The notes under the pieces are model-generated. The model had not been told where the DNA came from, made no database searches, and saw only the letters and a program-made list of their open reading frames with translations. From positions 1,920,001-1,984,000 of the forward strand of contig OZ244188.1 of assembly GCA_965216635.1 (NCBI GenBank): a stretch of DNA of 64,000 bases, written 5' to 3'. This DNA is from a bacterium. GTDB lineage: Bacteria; SAR324; XYD2-FULL-50-16; G965216635. Of the stretch, positions 60,748 to 64,000 are shown piece by piece. Each line of letters starts with the position of its first letter. The first letter of the stretch is position 1. The translations under genes were made by a program, and so were the position numbers.

Positions 60748-61207
60748 ATTAGACATTATACTTCGTCTATGCTGCGTTAAAAACTAATTTTTACCCCTTG
60801 AAATATTACACATATTCCAGCGGGATAAAAATTAGTTTTTGCCTTGCCTAGACTTTGTCTAATGCCTAATTCAGCAGTCTCTTCTTGAATCAGCAGTCTC
60901 TTCTTGAATTAGACATTCTGCTTATTTAATCTACTGGGCTATGCTGCGTTAAAAACTAATTTTTACCCCTTGAAATATTACACATATTCCAGCGGGATAA
61001 AAATTAGTTTTTGCCTTGCCTAGACTTTGTCTAATGCCTAATTCAGCAGTCTCTTCTTGAATCAGCAGTCTCTTCTTGAATTAGACATTCTGCTTATTTA
61101 ATCTACTGGGCTATGCTGCGTTAAAAACTAACTGCAGATAAGCACTTTGGCAATAATCTGTCTGAAGTTTAAAACAAAAACGTCGCATCAGCGAAATTCA
61201 ACAGTAT
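60748..61207. repeat. 172-bp tandem amplification of a MITE-related unit (2 full copies plus partial)
   Basis: ctatgctgcgttaaaaactaa at 60767, 60939 and 61111; each full unit contains a hairpin and a short internal cagcagtctcttcttgaat duplication. Confidence 0.9.
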
Positions 61208-61261
61208 ATTAGGCACTATAACGCTCTAACTTATAAAATTTTATTTTTGATTTTTAAATTT

Positions 61262-61987
61262 ATGAAAAACTGTGTTGCAATTCTACTTGCTGCTGGAAAA
61301 GGGACTCGCCTCAAAAATTCTGCTATGCAGAAGACTTCTAATAAAATCTTTTTGGATTTATTGGGGAAAAGCCTTTTACAAAGAAGTTTAGAAAACATCG
61401 CTCGTTTTAAAAGACTTTATTCTATTATTCTCGTTGTCTCTCAAAAAGATAAGCATCAGATAAAAACACTTTTAGATTCTTTTGCAGTGAAAATTCCCGT
61501 TTTTTTAGTTTTGGGCGGCAAGGAGCGATTTCAATCTTCTATTTTAGGAGTTAAAAAATATCAGACTATTCAAAAAAAGAAGGATTGTTTTTTTATACAG
61601 GACATAGCTCGCCCTTTCACCAGCCTTAAATTATTGGAAGAACTGTATCAATCTTGCAAGAATGGTAATAGCCATAAAATAGCCATACCCTACTTGATTC
61701 CCAAAGATACCTTTTGGCAGAAAAAAAAGAATGATCGGGTTTCACTTCTAAAAAGAGAAGATTTGTTTGCTGTGCAAACACCACAATTTTTTGACGGTTC
61801 TTTGGCAAAATATTGGAATACAGATTTCTTTAAAAAACCTATTACTGAAAAAAAACCTAGTGATGATCTTTTTTTTGTGGCAAAGAAAAAAATACCTATA
61901 CATTGGGTCAAAGGAGAAGACAGCAATATAAAAATCACTACTGCAAATGATTTAGAATTCGCAAAGTTTTACCTCTCTAAATCTTAA
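61262..61987 (+). CDS. ispD: 2-C-methyl-D-erythritol 4-phosphate cytidylyltransferase
   Basis: LAAGKGTR, GGKERFQS, QDIARPF, QTPQ and NIKITT..DL. Confidence 0.9.
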   Translation: MKNCVAILLAAGKGTRLKNSAMQKTSNKIFLDLLGKSLLQRSLENIARFKRLYSIILVVSQKDKHQIKTLLDSFAVKIPVFLVLGGKERFQSSILGVKKYQTIQKKKDCFFIQDIARPFTSLKLLEELYQSCKNGNSHKIAIPYLIPKDTFWQKKKNDRVSLLKREDLFAVQTPQFFDGSLAKYWNTDFFKKPITEKKPSDDLFFVAKKKIPIHWVKGEDSNIKITTANDLEFAKFYLSKS

Positions 61988-61990
61988 AAA

Positions 61991-63466
61991 ATGAACAACA
62001 CTTTTCTTACTGACGGGAATCTTTCTCATGCCACCCTAACTGATCTCTATCAACTTACTATGGCACAGGGTTATTGGAAAATAGCTAAAAAAAACTTGAA
62101 AGCTGTTTTTCATTTGACTTTTAGAGATATTCCTTTTGATAACGGCTATATTGTCTTTTGTGGTCTGGATTCTGTTTTAGAAGCGGTAGAAAATTATGCT
62201 TTTTGTGAGTCGGATTTGATTTATCTTAGCAAAGTAAAGACTCCAAACGGTGAACTTTTATTTGAAAAAGAATTCCTAAACCATCTAAAAAATTATAAAT
62301 TAAGTTGCAACATTTATTCTGCATTGGAGGGCAGTATTGTTTTTGCAGAAGAACCCGTATTGAGAGTAGAAGGCACTATTTTGGATTGTCAGCTTTTAGA
62401 AAGTCAGTTACTCAATAAAATCAATTTCCAAAGCCTTATTGCTACAAAAGCAGCTCGTATTTTTTCTGTTTCTATGGACAAACCCATATTAGAATTTGGT
62501 TTGAGGCGGGCACAAGGCAGCGACGGGGCTTTATCTGCTTCACGAGCTGCCTATATTGGTGGGGCTGCCGCTACGAGTAATGTAAGTGCTGGTAAAATCC
62601 ATAATATACCTATAGTAGGTACTCATTCTCATAGTTGGGTGATGAGTTTTGATTCGGAAAAAGAGGCTTTTAAACAGTATATTCTCTCTTGTCCTACAAA
62701 CTGCATTTTATTAGTAGATACCTACTCCACTATTCAAGGCACAAAAAACGCTATTTCGGCTGTAAAAGCATATTTAGTAGAGCCTGAAAAGAATTTTTTA
62801 GCTATCCGAATTGACTCAGGAGATTTGGCTTATTTGAGTAAAAAAGCTCGCTTACTTTTGGACGAAGCAGGATTTCACAAAACAAAAATTATTGCTAGTA
62901 ACGATCTAGACGAACATATTATTGCTTCCTTAAACGAACAAAGAGCGGCTATTGATACTTGGGCTGTTGGCACAAAATTGATTACGGCAAATGGAGCTTC
63001 TTCCTTAAATGGAGTTTATAAACTCTCTGCTACTTTTAACGAGGATAAAAAAAAATGGATGCCCTGTTTGAAAATTTCTGAAGATATAAAAAAAATTAAC
63101 AACCCCGGTATTTTACAAGTTCTCAGATTTTTTGATAAAGATGGTGTGGCTTATAGCGATAGTATCTATAACCAATTAGAATTTACTCCTGAAAAAAATA
63201 TGGTTATGATTAACCCTCATAATCCTCGCCAAAAAAAAACAATTAGTTTAGATGACCATCACGAAAAGCTTTTGCACCAAGTTGTCAAAGAAGGAAAAGT
63301 AGTTTATCGTTCTCCTTCTATTCATAGAATAAGAGAGAGAGCCTTGAATCAATTAAAAAATTTTGATGCCTCTATCAAGAGACATATTCATCCTCATATT
63401 TACCCCATAGGTTTAGAAAGAGGGTTGTATCAATTAAAGGATGAATTGATTTTAAAAAATAAATAG
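61991..63466 (+). CDS. pncB: Nicotinate phosphoribosyltransferase
   Basis: TDLYQLTM, EFGLRRAQG, GTHSHS, LVDTY, RIDSGD and SNDLDE. Confidence 0.96.
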   Translation: MNNTFLTDGNLSHATLTDLYQLTMAQGYWKIAKKNLKAVFHLTFRDIPFDNGYIVFCGLDSVLEAVENYAFCESDLIYLSKVKTPNGELLFEKEFLNHLKNYKLSCNIYSALEGSIVFAEEPVLRVEGTILDCQLLESQLLNKINFQSLIATKAARIFSVSMDKPILEFGLRRAQGSDGALSASRAAYIGGAAATSNVSAGKIHNIPIVGTHSHSWVMSFDSEKEAFKQYILSCPTNCILLVDTYSTIQGTKNAISAVKAYLVEPEKNFLAIRIDSGDLAYLSKKARLLLDEAGFHKTKIIASNDLDEHIIASLNEQRAAIDTWAVGTKLITANGASSLNGVYKLSATFNEDKKKWMPCLKISEDIKKINNPGILQVLRFFDKDGVAYSDSIYNQLEFTPEKNMVMINPHNPRQKKTISLDDHHEKLLHQVVKEGKVVYRSPSIHRIRERALNQLKNFDASIKRHIHPHIYPIGLERGLYQLKDELILKNK

Positions 63467-63487
63467 AGAATTATATCTCATAAATTA

Positions 63488-64000
63488 ATGCATAATTTCA
63501 AAAATATTTACTGCGTAGAAAAAACAACTCTTTTGGAAAGGATTAGCCGCGATAAAAAATCCTTAGATAATATGAAAAAAAGCCCTCTACAAAAACGGAT
63601 TGAAAAAAATCACAAAAATCACAAGCTGTTTATGAATCTCTTTAAAAAAATTCTACTGAAAAAAGAATCAAAAGCTGTTTTTATTAAAGATAACCAAATA
63701 AAAACTATTCGTCCTCGTAAAAACGACCTAGTTATTAGCTGCGGAGGCGATGGCAATTTTTTATCCTGTGCCCAAAACTACTTGAACGCTACTTTTCTAG
63801 GTATTAACACAACCTACATTCCGCAGGATCCTGTATTTGGAAGCCAAGGAGCCTTAACCAATATCAACCAAGAAAATCTTCTTGAAAAATGGCAAAAGTT
63901 TCTTGAGCGGAACTATTCTATCCAAAACTGGAAAAGATTATCTGCGAGTATAAACGGGAAAAAATTAAAAAAATACGCCGTTAATGATATTTACATAGGT
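63488..64000 (+). CDS. NAD kinase-family protein (partial, runs off the window end)
   Basis: Open frame from ATG 63488 containing DLVISCGGDGNFL, LGIN, GSQGAL and AVND. Confidence 0.8.
   Translation, partial: MHNFKNIYCVEKTTLLERISRDKKSLDNMKKSPLQKRIEKNHKNHKLFMNLFKKILLKKESKAVFIKDNQIKTIRPRKNDLVISCGGDGNFLSCAQNYLNATFLGINTTYIPQDPVFGSQGALTNINQENLLEKWQKFLERNYSIQNWKRLSASINGKKLKKYAVNDIYIG

Overview
AT-rich chromosomal segment from a Gram-negative bacterium (LPS genes kdsB, gmhA, rfaE2). Most of it is housekeeping genes with little conserved operon context: grpE-dnaK-dnaJ, hflKC, smpB, dnaE, recA, dapB, accD, mdh, tilS, frr, ctaA, ubiE, ispD and pncB. An accessory layer sits on top. (1) Four paralogous genes encode predicted 8-stranded outer-membrane beta-barrels with two large hypervariable, mosaic inserts. 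They lie as two pairs in inverted orientation about 25 kb apart. Each gene sits in a repeated cassette: AT-rich ~90-bp repeats upstream and a GTAG-type REP/REPIN hairpin array of variable copy number just after the stop codon. A fifth cassette tail has no barrel gene and lies next to (2) a single-ORF DarT-DarG toxin-antitoxin fusion. (3) Three dispersed Panacea (DUF4065) plus 2-TM gene pairs, one with both genes frameshifted. (4) Two tandem sensor-HAMP-class III cyclases with a non-canonical active site and a degenerate HD-GYP-like tail. (5) A DNA methyltransferase-nuclease fusion. (6) About a dozen full or partial copies of a modular MITE-like palindromic element with TAGACCTTTGAATT ends. (7) Many short tandem duplications. 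I found no rRNA, tRNA, CRISPR array, transposase, integrase or reverse transcriptase. All calls come from reading motifs by eye; no database searches were run.
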